Source: Octopus sinensis (Eukaryota). From it: a stretch of DNA of 64,000 nt. This document shows positions 13,789 through 25,395 of the stretch, in pieces. Both the position numbers and the translations under genes were made by a program. Positions within the stretch are counted from its first letter, which is position 1; every line of letters starts with the position of its first letter. The notes under the pieces are model-generated. The model made no database searches. It was given only the letters and a program-made list of their open reading frames with translations, and was not told the DNA's origin. The stretch is taken from positions 166,408,001-166,472,000 of the forward strand of contig NC_042997.1 of assembly GCF_006345805.1 (NCBI RefSeq), read 5' to 3'.

Positions 13789-13998
13789 CCCTTTAGCATT
13801 TAAACTGACCGTATCCAGCCAAAATATTCCACCTGTTTTGTCCAAAGTGGCCAGTTTTGGCCTTTTGCACCAGCCCTACAATATCATTCAAAAAATTAAG
13901 TTCTTGTCAAAGTTTCATAACTAAAAGATAATACATGATTAATTAAAACTATGTTAATGAATAAGCATTACTTATGACAGAATATGAATGCTCAAGGG
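13789..13998. mobile_element. piggyBac-type MITE
   Basis: TTAA at 13785-13788 and 13999-14002; termini CCCTTTAGCATT and AATGCTCAAGGG. Confidence 0.75.
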
Positions 13999-16189
13999 TT
14001 AAAAGATATTCCATTCCCCATCATTGGAGCTGGGTCTATTTCAACACAGCACCTCACAATTTTCATGGTCCTTCATTTGAGACCAGCAATTACTTTAAAA
14101 TGTGGCATATTTTTTACAGCTGGATGCCGTTCCCATTGTCAAGTACTTCACAGCATGGACTCCTTGCATTTTATTATGCCACCAGTAGTTCAAAGGTTGT
14201 CAGCCGGGGCTAAACAATTCTTTGCATCAGCTTCACTGTAGCTTGCAGAATCAAGTGTCTCTTCCATTTCTTCTTGGTAATTTTGATATTTTAGAACTTG
14301 GAAACAATTTTCTTTCAAACCCATTGAACTGATAATAGTACAAAGTTAATTATTTATGCAAGTTTGCATAATGCATTGTAACTTTGCTTGTATTTCATAG
14401 AATGCCTGTTCTTAATTAAGGCTCTTGCTTTCTAAAGCAGAAAATAACATTTTTTTAGAAATTAACTTTTTTTCTCTAACTTATTGAAAGTTTTACATTA
14501 TTGATTTATATTAAAGGCTGTCTAAGTAATTACAACTTTAATTTTGTCTATATACACTACTTCAACCAGAGCAATACAAGGCTCTTCTAAACTATATAAC
14601 TAAGTCTGAAACAAAGATTAATTCTATAGACTAAGTGGTTAAAGAAATAAAGTGTACCATCTCGATATTAATAGAAATAGTTTTTCAAATCAGAATTGTA
14701 ACATTTAATCTAAAATTAATTCATTTCAACTGAAATCAGATAAGTTTTATTTACTTTCCATGGAAAATTCTATTGTTTTGGCCAATATTTTGCTGAATTA
14801 AATAGGCTGTGGTACATTTAGGTTACTAAATCAAACTTGTAATTAAACTTTCACAAAATTTTACATTTAATATAAAATAATTCTTAACATTTCAATATTG
14901 AAATAGCCTCACCTAATTCTCTTGTCACTTGGGACACTTGTAAAGATATAAATTCTAGTTCTCATCAGAGTATTTATTTCCTGTTTCCACTCTTTATTTC
15001 AGCAACAATGATGAAAATATTTTTCACATAAGCCTGAGATTTTTTATTTTGTTTAGTATGTGGATATTAGATATGAAAAGATCTTGACTTTCTTTTTAAA
15101 ACTTAGGGAAGTAGTTTGTATTGTACTTTATTGAATCTGCCAAGATATCGGTCGTTTATATTGCCAAAGCTGTTGTCTATTGTCAAGTTACTTGATCTTC
15201 AATGTTGAGTCCACTGTGCTAAATACTGATGGCTGTTTAACCGTAAGTCAATCTGACTGAAACACATTCTAAATTTTTATCATCTTAAAAGAAAATACAG
15301 ATAGTATAATTCACTGCTGCTATGAGTAGTAAGACTGAAATGAATATTTTGTTGGTTTGCAGAAAGTTAAGTTTAATTACTAAATGTCCATACAGCATGA
15401 AACCTGCTTGCAATATATATTGTCCTATACAGTCGGGTATTTACTTCACTTGCTTCATGCTAGAGAAACGAAAATTGAGTTCCAGTCATTGGGATTCTGA
15501 TTGCCCTTTTATTTATTGTTGTTGAAGCTATTTACACAGGAGTTTAAGACTAGGCTTTTGGAGATTTTTATAAACTGAAGATCTGCATAGAGAAAGTTCC
15601 AAACTTGGAAGAATGGTCAACTTGACAAAAACAAAATTATTAAATTAGTAACATTTACTTCACAAATCATGTGAAAATGAATCTTCCAGTTTTCCCTGAC
15701 CATGTTGCAATATTGCTCTATGGTTGAAGTTAGCTTGTTGCTGAGTGCCCAATGAGAGACATTATCAACATATCACATTTGAATTTTCACAATGCTAATC
15801 AGAAGTTGGTTAAGCAAATTTGTAATTTTAAACTGGTCCCAGACTCTCTGTTCAAGAAGGTAATGGTATAAAATGGAAACAATTTCTATTGATAACATAA
15901 GTTATATGAATTAAACATATATTACACTAAAGAAGATTGGTGTTCACAAAAAAGATCACCTCGAGGTATTTTTCATGAGATAGAGGTTTCAAAATGAACA
16001 AGTAACTCATTAAAAATGTCAGTTTTTAAACACTGAAAATTAAGGTAATCTTATGAAAATAAGAGCAATAAAGGAAACTTAGCATTTATTAAATATAATG
16101 AAGTGAAATATTCAGAGAATAGTGTTTTAACAACTCTACTGGTATAAATACAAATAGTGTACTGGCAGAGTTCATATATATCATAATCA

Positions 16190-17050
16190 TGTTTTGGATG
16201 GCTTGATTGGATCCTGTGAACTGCATCAAGCTCCAGTGTCAGCTTTAGCATGGTTTCTACAGCTGGTTGCCCTTCCTGGCATCAACCACACTACAGTGTG
16301 TCCTGGGTGGGTTTTTTTTTCTCTATTCCAATGGCTCAGATAAGGTTACTATGTAACTTGCGAAGCAAGGAAAAAAGCTAATGTGACTAAATGGGGGTAG
16401 TATTTGAAAAGTGTAGGTGTGTTGCTATAGAGGAGTTACATGGCTGCTCTGTATTTTATAAGTGTTGGGAAGTAGCTATGAAGAAAAGGTAGTTGCAATG
16501 GGATGCTAGATCAAACTCACAAGGAACAAGGTGAGCTTAAGAAAGGATACGGACAGTAGTTCAGGTGGGGTTGGGTGAATATAGTGAGTGCTGAACAGAG
16601 GTAGGGGATATATGGCCTGATTGGAAATAATGGTTGTGGGTGAAGCAAGAGAGATAAGAGACTCAGATGATGAGCAAGGCATAGTGTTAATAAAGGAGCT
16701 GCAGGGATGCATAGGTGTGACTATAGTGTAGTGAGTGGTAGTGGATATGAGAGGGAATTGAGAATGATAGCATATATATCATCACTGTCGGTTAACGTCT
16801 GCCTTCCATATTAGCATGGGTGGGACTGTTTCTCAAGAGCTGGCCAGGCAGAAGCCTGCACCAGATTTTTGTGACTTGTTTTGGCAGGATTTTTACAACT
16901 GGATGCCCTTAATACCAACCACTCAGCAGTGTGGACTTAGTGTTTTTACATGGCACAGGCAAGGTTTTTAAAGCTGGATGTCCTGAACACCAACCACTTT
17001 ACAGCATGGACTGGGTGCTTTTAAGTGGCACCCGCACTGACAGGGTCACC
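16190..17050 (-). mobile_element. Old RTE 3'-end (family C) fragments
   Basis: Degenerate tttctacagctggatgcccttcc...caaccact motif at about 16250, 16895 and 16970, with a tail remnant near 16780. Confidence 0.6.
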
Positions 17051-17408
17051 AAGTACTTGCAAAACAAAAAAAAAAAAACTTTCAAGAAGGGAGGTGGTCT
17101 GGTGTCGGATGATGAAAGGTTGTGAGACAGACAGAAGCCGGTGTCTTGCTGTAGAAGTACAAGGTTACTTGGCAGGAGAGAGATCATGAAAGGTTATAGT
17201 AAGACAAACAAGTGTGCTACCGCAAAGGAAATACATTGTTACCCAACCTGAGGAAAGTGCAGGAGAAGGAGAGAGAGTGGGAGACAGCAGGATAGAGATT
17301 GTGGCATGAGGGGTCAGAATATAAATGGAATGGTTGAATAAAGGAAGAGAGATATATACATGGTGGCAAGTGTCAGGGCATATCCTTCAGGTTCAAAACG
17401 CCATCATA

Positions 17409-17974
17409 TTGGGTTGTCTGGAAAGTTTGTGCTGATTTATAGCAGCTTACCTTTCGACTTATTTTAGAACATGGTTGAGTCCACAAAATAGGATTTGTCT
17501 ACACCTCCATTTAGAGCACAGTTTAAGCTATCTTTTCATGGAAGAAGGTTTATGTTCCTATAACCTGTGTTAATTCTGTAACCCTTTAAAATGGAAGATA
17601 AGAAAGTTCATTTTTGGCACTTGATGCTTTGGGAACCAGACAAAAATTGCTGCAGCTCAGCTGGGATGTGTTGCCCCACCCTCCATATTCACCAGATATT
17701 GTCCCTTCGGATTTCCATTCATTCAAGTCTCTGTAGAATAGTCTTAATGGTAAAAATTTCAATTCCTTGGATGACGTAAAAAGATACCTTGATGACTTCT
17801 TTGCCATGAAAGCACCTCAATTCTGGGAAGAGGGTATTTTCAAGTTAAAGGAAAGATAGAGACACATTGTGCAACAAAATGGTTCATATTTGGTTGATTA
17901 AAAATGTAATGGCAAGTATTTATTGACCTTTTTCTTTCTTTTAAAAATCAGCATAAACTTTCCGGACAACCCAA
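17409..17974 (+). mobile_element. Internally deleted mariner transposon
   Basis: TIRs ttgggttgtctggaaagtttgtgctgattt / aaatcagcataaactttccggacaacccaa; TA on the left. N-terminal MEDKKVHFWHLML is fused to the transposase C-terminus WDVLPHPPYSPDIVPSDFHSFKSL (YSPDL motif). Confidence 0.92.
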
Positions 17975-18489
17975 TGTAAGTGGCAGGATATTGCGAAGGA
18001 AGTGTGATTAAAGAGTGTTGAAGGAAGGGGGAGGGGAGTGAGTGGCAAAAACCTGGGTATGTATAGTCAGGGAGCTACCGGATAGCAATGATTGTGAGGA
18101 CAGAATTGGGAAGTGAGGGCTATGCATAGTGTATGAAAGGAAATGAGAAGAGAAGAGATTTGAAGATGTACATTGTTTTGTTGGGGTAGGGTGAGTGAAA
18201 AGTTTTCTTGTTACGTGTGTGTGGAACACATAGATCAGGGACTGGCAGATATCAATAATACTGTGACAGGGCATGTGGATGGAATATACAGGTTGGGGGC
18301 TTTTAGAGAGCAATTATACAGTGCACATGGCCAAGAGGACAGGATTTAGGAGTGGGAAGCAAGCATGATGCATGAAACGGAAATGTGAGGAAGAGAAGAG
18401 ATGTAGTTTAGTTTGTTGTGGTAGATTGTGTGAGAAGTTTTCTTGTTAAGTGTGGGTGGGACACGCTGCTTCTAGAACTCAGTTTTCCT

Positions 18490-19322
18490 GACATGGGCGG
18501 GTCTTCTCTAGAACTTCATGTTGCCAGACATATCAGTCCATTGTCATTTTCTCCATGAGGCCCAACATCCTGAGATTGGTCCTTACCACTCCATCCCACA
18601 TTTTCCTGGGTCTTCTTCTGTGGGCACCATCCATTTTCAGTGATCAGCGCTTCTTTGTGCATCTGTCCTCATTCATATGCATTACATGTCCAAACCAACA
18701 TAGTCTTCTCTCTTGCATGTTACATTTGATTCTTCTTATGCCCAACTTTTCTCTCAATACATTTGCACTGATATTGTACATCAAACGGAGCATACTACCT
18801 TCATTTCTCTCCAGTCTACACATGTCTTCTGCATTCAGAGCCCATGTCTCATTACCATGGAGTATAGCCATTCACACACAAGCATCATATAGTCTACCTT
18901 TCACTCCGAGAGTCCTTTTGTTGCCAACAGAGGTAATAGCTCTTTGAACTTCCTCCACCCAATTCTTATTCTAGAAACACTACTTTCAGAGCATCTTTCA
19001 CCATTGCTAATTTGGTAACAGAAACTATCTACAACCTCAAGTGAGCCTCTTGGGCATTTGAGAGAATCTAAGTCCCATTTGCTCTTAATGCTTAGTTCCT
19101 GCACATTTGCCACATATGAAGACGACTTTATCTACCTGAGATTCCACTGCACCTCTTATGTGTTCATAGTTTACACTGGGTGCAGCAAATGGAATTTCTT
19201 CCAACTCCTTTCCTACATATTGAGCCAGGCCATTTACCTGATGGAAAGAGAGTTTTATCTTCTTTCTTACTAACAACAACTTTGGTCTTAGCAAGGTTAC
19301 CTTTATGGCCCTTTGATTCCAG
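18490..19322 (-). pseudogene. RTE LINE 3' relic, copy B (post-YADD RT region, PHD-like finger, C-terminus)
   Basis: VWKQNLESKG..NLAKTKVVV, SICRKGVGRNSICCTQCKL, LEVVDSFCY, RIRIGWRKFKELLPLL, ILHGNETW, RRLCWFGHVMHM, GRGRPRKMW. Confidence 0.9.
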
Positions 19323-19960
19323 GTTTTGTTTCCATACCTGTTCGTACACATGCGTCATACAGTCTACCTTTTACTCTGAGCGAGAGGCCCTTTGTCACCA
19401 GTAGAGGTAGTAGCTCTCTGAACTTTGCCCAGGCTATTCTTATTCTAGCAGCTACACTTTCAGAGCATCCACCCCCGCTTCTGATTTGGTCACCTAGATA
19501 ATGGAAGCTGTCAACTACTTGTAGTTTTTCTCCCTGGAATGTGGCAGAAGTTGTTCTCTGCATATTTTCAGTGTTTATTGCTCCTGAGCATTTGCCACAT
19601 ACAAAAACTATCTTCCCTTCCTTTGATATTGCTGCACCTCTTATGTGTCCATAGCTTACACTGGGTACATCTTATAGAGTTTCTACCTACACCTTTTCTA
19701 CAGATCGAGGGTCATCTACCTGAAGGGATTTGTGGTTTGTCTACCTTCCTACTTATTAATACTTTGGTTTTAGCTAGGTTGACTCTAAGGCCCTTCGAGT
19801 CTAATTTTGGCTTCCACACCTGAAATTTCTTCTAGTTCTGATAGTGACTCAGCAACTAGAGCAAGGTCATCAGCATAGAGGAGCTCCCAGGGGCATCTTG
19901 TCTTGAATTCCTCCTTTATTGCCTGGAGGACTATGATAAATATAAATGACGATTTATGCC
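19323..19960 (-). pseudogene. RTE LINE RT relic, copy A (YADD, PHD-like finger, motif 7)
   Basis: WELLYADDLALVAES (YADD at 19877-19866), LRVNLAKTKVL, SICRKGVGRNSIRCTQCKLWTHKRC, KLQVVDSFHYLGDQI...RLYDACVRT. Confidence 0.9.
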
Positions 19961-20590
19961 CATATAAGCAAAGTGTCTAGTAGATTAGTGTTTGATGTGT
20001 GAAGAAGTGGAATAAGAATGTTACTTGAAAACAATAAAAGTTAGTGTCTGAAGTGCACCGGGCCATAGGATACTGCATTTGAAAGTTCATCTGATACATG
20101 CCAGCATCGAAAAAAGTGGATGTAAAAACAAAAGAATAAAAGTAAGCAAATACACATGCACATAAATATAGTTCAAATTTCCAGAAAACAAAAGACAGGT
20201 GAGGAAACAAGCAGGTGTAGTAATTTGACCCTCGAGCAGAATGGAAAAGGCTATGATGTTTCAAGCCTATGCTTTTCGACAGAAAGGGATGAAAGGTAAA
20301 AAAAAATGGAGAGATTATCAGTTCTCACATATGTCTATCAGTGATTCTCAAGCTTTTGAAACACAGGCCCCATTACTTACTTAAGCCCTTTGCTCCCTAT
20401 GGAGTGTAGCCATCAATGATTTTTCTCCATTGTTATTGCCTTTGGATTAACTTTTCTGCTTCTTTCTAATTGGATCCCTATCTTTGCAGCTCAGCCTCAG
20501 TATCCCACTTCTACCTGATCTTAGGGTGCCTCCTCATCCACCTCTCTTGTGTAATACCTGAAGTATAATGCAGGATGCTGGTTTCGTTAA

Positions 20591-20810
20591 TCCTTTAGCA
20601 TTTAGATTATTCTGTCTAATGTAATGCTTTTTCATTTTCATTGTTTTTAATTAATCTTGCATTATTTTGTAGCTTCAAAATTTTGATGATGTGATTGTAC
20701 ATTTTTCAGTAAAACATTGAAGGGTAAGTGTAATAAGCTGGATCTGGGTGGTTAGAACCTAAAACAAGTAGAATATTTGGGCTGGATTGGCTAGTTTAAA
20801 TGCTAAAGGG
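20591..20810. mobile_element. piggyBac-type MITE
   Basis: TTAA at 20587-20590 and 20811-20814; TIRs (c/t)cctttagcattta / taaatgctaaaggg; body similar to 32408-32628. Confidence 0.85.
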
Positions 20811-21009
20811 TTAAGGTATCTATCCCCATTTGCACTTCAGAATCTATTTTTCCACTGGCATCTATCTTACTCCTGTCACAGCTCTTTGTTTCTTATCTTA
20901 TCCATCCATTTAAGTGGAAGAATATACCTCAGATAGTTATTGATGGAAGTCTGTATCTTCTGTAGTGTTTTTTAGTCTTTCTCCATAGCTCTGATTTATA
21001 AAAAAGAAA

Positions 21010-21420
21010 CATATAAGAGTTGAAGATAAGCAATTTAATATCTCTGGAAACCCAAATGTTCTTGAGAATGGTGATGGCTGCTCTGGCCTTGCCTACTCTG
21101 GCTATGTCATCTCTCTCAGTGCCACCCTGTTTATCAGTTATGGTAAGAAAGTATGTAAAGAAGCTGACTTCCTCTATTGGTTCACCATCTATTCTGACTG
21201 GGTTGTTATTAAAGGTGTTGATCCTCAGATCAGTCTCAAGGGATGCTGCTGCCAGTCTGTCTTATCTTGCATCTGGTTATGACTGTGACAAGAGGGCAAG
21301 GTTATCAGCATAATCAAAGTCATCTACTTATGTCAAAGGAATCCATTGTATTATATTTGCTCCTTCCTGTTGTAATGGTCTCCATGATCTAGTCAATGGC
21401 CAGTAGGAACAAGAATACAA
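21010..21420 (-). pseudogene. Decayed RTE RT fragment from a second subfamily
   Basis: DFDYADNLALLSQS, IDGEPIEEVSFFTY, DIARVGKARAAITILKNIW on the - strand. Confidence 0.75.
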
Positions 21421-21596
21421 AATATAAAACTACTGAACTCCAGTTCTGACTTCAAGGCTCTCTAAAAGCTGAGCTGTGAGCAAAACCCTACATGACATAC
21501 CCTGGTGATGTGTATTTGAAAAGGGAAATGAATTTTTCTGGAATTCCATTTCTCAAGATTTTCCAGAACATTTTATTTTTTAATAATCCTTATATA

Positions 21597-21638
<42 letters not shown>

Positions 21639-22617
21639 TAGGTGTGTGTAAACCTATAAAATAGAATACAAACATGGCAAATCTTACCTGTTTCTCTGTA
21701 GATAGAAAAAATAATGAACAACTTTGATCAATTGTTGGCCCTTATTAAGGTCTTATCAGAAGTGTCTACATGACTTGACCAATACCAGAAAAGCAAGCAG
21801 CCAATCCATTTATATGCACATCAAATCCAGTAGCTTTAGAGAACTGGGTCAAGTAATTTGCTCAAGGAGAAACATAATTTTAGCCAGTACTTGGTCTTTT
21901 AATAATTTTTTATAATTTGATTTTCATAGTTAACATAATGCAACATATTTATGAATATAAACTTTAAATAATGCTTAGTAATGTATTTAGTCTATAAGTA
22001 AAAATCACAGTGATGTAATTGGCATAATGACAAATTATAACATAATGGTGATGATTTTATTGCTATTTCAAAATTCCTTTCAAAAACAATTCTCATTTTA
22101 TGCTGAAGATCATGTTTGCTGCACTAATCTTAGTATGACATTATCTCTGAACTTTCTATTGTAGATTTTGTTCTGTCTTCAAAGTAGACAGCTTAAAAGG
22201 AGATTTATTCTCTTTCTCAGTGATATTTTAGGGCTCTCATTGGTGTTGCTTTGTCAGAGAATAACCCTATGATCAAAAGTCTTTTATCTAAGACCATCCT
22301 GTATTTTTGTACATTCAGGACTACATTATCAAGAGTATCCTACAAGTATATACATTTGTAAAAGTAATATGCATCAACAACTTTGTCCTCATCATTTTAC
22401 ATGCAAATTTTGATGTTGACATGAATTGGGCAGGTTTACTGAGACAGTGTTTTATGACTGGATGCTCTTCCTGTTGCCAGCCCTTTTAGTCACCTCCTAT
22501 AACCTGCAGATAAGGTAGATAAAATCACTCACAAACAATGTTAATGCTGTTAAAATTACAAAAATGAAATGATTTCAGCACAAAGTCCTCTCAAACACAA
22601 ATCACAGTATTTCAGTC

Positions 22618-22624
<7 letters not shown>

Positions 22625-22653
<29 letters not shown>

Positions 22654-24604
22654 TGTGTACAGTGCTCAGGTGCACTACAACTCATCTAAAGTGTATATAT
22701 AATCAGGTGTAGTTTCGGCGGATTTCGGAAAGCATGAGGGCCTTAAAGGATGCAGTGTCATGGCAGTCAACAACTGACACAGGCAGTTTATTCCACGCTT
22801 CAGCAACTCTGAGTGTGAAAAAATGTTTCCGAAAGTCATGGGAGCTGTGTTGTTTTCTGACTTTGTAGGCATGTCCACGTGTGTTAGACACATGGAGATC
22901 AAAAAGGTGTTCAGGGTTGTTGTTGGTGAGGTGGTTGATAACCTTGTGGGTGTTTACCAAGTCCGTCGCCAGACGCCGGAGCTTCAGTGAATCCATGCCC
23001 AGGGAAACAAGGCGCTCAGAATATGGTAGGTGTTTGATGGAGGGTATGCGTTTGGTTGCACGTCTCTGGACAGATTCCAGGAGGTCAATGTTCTGAGCAA
23101 GATAGGGATTCCAAACTGATGATGCGAATTCCAAGTGTGGTCGTACCATAGCTGTATACAGTTTTAAATAGATGGCTGGAGAGCGGCTAACAAAAGTCTT
23201 GCTGAGTGATGCCAAGACACCCTCGGCCTTCTTGACAATTTTAGAGATATGCTTTGTCCAACGCAAATCACTGCTGACAGTGATGCCTAGGTCACGCTCG
23301 CAAGAGGATTTCTTGATATCAGTGTTGTGGAGGGAGTATGTGGACGCAGGGTTTTTTCTCCCAAAATGCATGGTGGTACACTTGTCCACAGCCAGTTTCA
23401 GTTGCCAGTCTGTGATCCATTGCTGCATTGTGTCTAGGTCTGATTGCAGGAAAGAGTTGTAGACATCAGGATCAGTCCTCTTGATTTCAAGGTACAGCTT
23501 GATGTCGTCTGCATATTTCAATACTGTGGCATTCTTTAAATTGGCATCTATGTCATTAATGTATGCCACAAACAGGAGGGGACCAAGGACAGATCCCTGT
23601 GGTACACCCGATGACATCTCATATGGTGTAGAGTGCTGTCCTAGAACTGTGACTACCTCCTTTCGGCTGAGGATGAAGGATTTCAACCAGTTAAAAAGGT
23701 CATCCCCCACACCCATTGCAGAGAGTTTCACCATAAGCCTTTTGTGTGGCACAGAGTTGAAAGCCTTAGCAAAGTCAAGGTAGACAACATCCACCCATGA
23801 GCCACTGTCAGTGATCTGAGTAATGTCCTCAAGGAACTCGACAAGCTGGTCACTGCAGCTGGAGTTAGGGACAAATCCATATTGTGAGGGTCGGATGAGA
23901 CTGTGAGAGCTCCAGAAGTTCCAGAGTGTTTCTCTGACACACGATTCCATCAGTTTTGCAATACAGCTAGTGAGACTGACTGGGCGATAGTTGACAGGTG
24001 ATGTGCGGTCACCCTTTTTGAACAGAGGAATGACACTGGCAGTTTTCCACTGCTCCGGAGTAGCACCATTGTTGAGACAGTACTGGAAGAAAATAGAAAG
24101 CTGGTGTAAAAGGAAGTGCCTGCCACGTTTGAGAAGCAGGTATGTAACTCCATCGAGACCAGGGGAGGCATAGTTGCGCTTATTTTGAAGGTGACGTCGC
24201 AGCATTGCAGGTGTAAATTCCATAGTTGTTATGGAGTTTGCTGTTAGTGATGGTGAAGATGGTACATTTTGACTTTCGACAGTGAATATGTTTGCATAGC
24301 ACTCGGCAATGAGTTCTGCGCATTCCTTGGGGTCGTCAGTGATCTGGTTCGTGTGAGGGTTGCGAAGAGGGCCACTGGAGAGTGAGGTCTCTGCTTTGAA
24401 TGCACATATTTCCAAAAAACCTTGCTGTCAGGATTGGCTGCTATGCACTGTTCAAATTCAAGCACTGCATTTTTTGTCACTTGCTTGAGATGGTTGGAGG
24501 ATTTATTCCGCTTCTTCCTGTTGGTGTCTGATTTATGCAACTTGTATTCCTGTTCAGCAGTCCGACGTTCCTTCCTGGCAAGTCGGACCGCTGAAGTTTC
24601 TCAA
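22625..24604 (-). mobile_element. Young 5'-truncated CR1/L2-type LINE with (ATT)n tail
   Basis: Coding sequence open from about 24600 with one frameshift near 24375-24400; short 3'UTR ending gtgcacctgagcactgtacac followed by (ATT)n; abuts (TA)n at the 5' end. Confidence 0.93.
22703..24415 (-). CDS. Reverse transcriptase (ORF2 C-terminal part) of the CR1/L2-type LINE
   Basis: 570-codon open frame with SPGLDG, NYRPVSLTS, QYGFVP, YLDFAKAFNSVPH, SGVPQGSVLGPLLF, KYADD, ERDLGI, VRPHLEFASSVWNP and HFFTLRVAEAWNKLP. The true N-terminus (endonuclease) is missing. Confidence 0.93.
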   Translation of the reverse strand: MEICAFKAETSLSSGPLRNPHTNQITDDPKECAELIAECYANIFTVESQNVPSSPSLTANSITTMEFTPAMLRRHLQNKRNYASPGLDGVTYLLLKRGRHFLLHQLSIFFQYCLNNGATPEQWKTASVIPLFKKGDRTSPVNYRPVSLTSCIAKLMESCVRETLWNFWSSHSLIRPSQYGFVPNSSCSDQLVEFLEDITQITDSGSWVDVVYLDFAKAFNSVPHKRLMVKLSAMGVGDDLFNWLKSFILSRKEVVTVLGQHSTPYEMSSGVPQGSVLGPLLFVAYINDIDANLKNATVLKYADDIKLYLEIKRTDPDVYNSFLQSDLDTMQQWITDWQLKLAVDKCTTMHFGRKNPASTYSLHNTDIKKSSCERDLGITVSSDLRWTKHISKIVKKAEGVLASLSKTFVSRSPAIYLKLYTAMVRPHLEFASSVWNPYLAQNIDLLESVQRRATKRIPSIKHLPYSERLVSLGMDSLKLRRLATDLVNTHKVINHLTNNNPEHLFDLHVSNTRGHAYKVRKQHSSHDFRKHFFTLRVAEAWNKLPVSVVDCHDTASFKALMLSEIRRNYT

Positions 24605-24606
24605 CT

Positions 24607-24666
<60 letters not shown>

Positions 24667-24690
24667 CTACTACTAATAATAATAATAATA
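24605..24690. repeat. (TA)n followed by (TAC/TAA)n microsatellite
   Basis: Directly visible in the sequence. Confidence 0.95.
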
Positions 24691-25395
24691 TTAGGGAGTA
24701 TAACTCCAAACTTACAGGGAAAAATTCAATTTAGTATTAAATCAAATTTCACAATATAAATATATAATATATATAATTAGAGAAAAATCACTATTATGTA
24801 ATTCAAACAATGATATGAATAAACCATATCATATAGAAAAAATAAAATATACTACAAAACATATATCTAGATCACAAAAAGTACAAAAAATGAATAAACA
24901 TTATCATCATCATCATCGTTAAACATCCGTTTTCCGTGCTAGCACGGGTTGGACGGTTCGACCGGGGTCTGGGAAGCCAGGGGCTGCTCCAGGCTCCAGT
25001 CTGATCTGGCAGAGTTTCTACGGCTGGATACCCTTCCTAACGCCAACCATTCCGCGAGTGTAGTGGGTGCTTTTTACGTGCCACCTACACAGGTGCCAGG
25101 TGGGGTCCAGCATCGGCCACGATTGGTTGGAGCTTTTAACGTGCCAGCGGCACGGAAGCCAGCCAACGTTCGGATGGTGCTTTTTATGTGCCACTGGCAC
25201 AGAAATAAGTAAAAATGTATGAAGTCTTTTTATTACTTATATAATGTTTATTCACTTTTTTTGTAGTTTTTGTGATCTAGATATATGTTTTATAATATAT
25301 TTTATTTTTTCTATGATTTGGTTTACGTCTACCATTGTTTGAATTACATAATAGTGGTTTTTCTCTAATTTATACATATATATATATATATTATA
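24690..25395. mobile_element. (TA)n-embedded, probably Penelope-like element with inverted 130-bp arms, interrupted by an RTE 3' fragment
   Basis: 24775-24904 is the approximate reverse complement of 25241-25370; both outer ends abut (TA)n. The PLE assignment is inference. Confidence 0.5.
24901..25203 (-). mobile_element. RTE 3'-end (family C) insertion with three tandem hairpin units and (GAT)n tail
   Basis: Reverse complement of gtggcacgtaaaaagcacccactacactcgcgg...ggaaaacggatgtttaacgatgatgat. Confidence 0.88.

Noticed and set aside
14190-14335. Short acidic - strand frame (MGLKENCFQVLKYQNYQEEMEETLDS...)
   Set aside because: Only about 45 codons, runs into a decayed repeat, and has no upstream exons or promoter.
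21692-21699. Apparent 8-nt micro-exon on the - strand (tctatctacag|AGAAACAG|gtaag)
   Set aside because: No host gene spans this position (the FAM89-like CDS ends at 27150); likely chance.
22881-24173. + strand ORFs antisense to the CR1 RT
   Set aside because: Shadow frames of the RT gene with no independent motifs.
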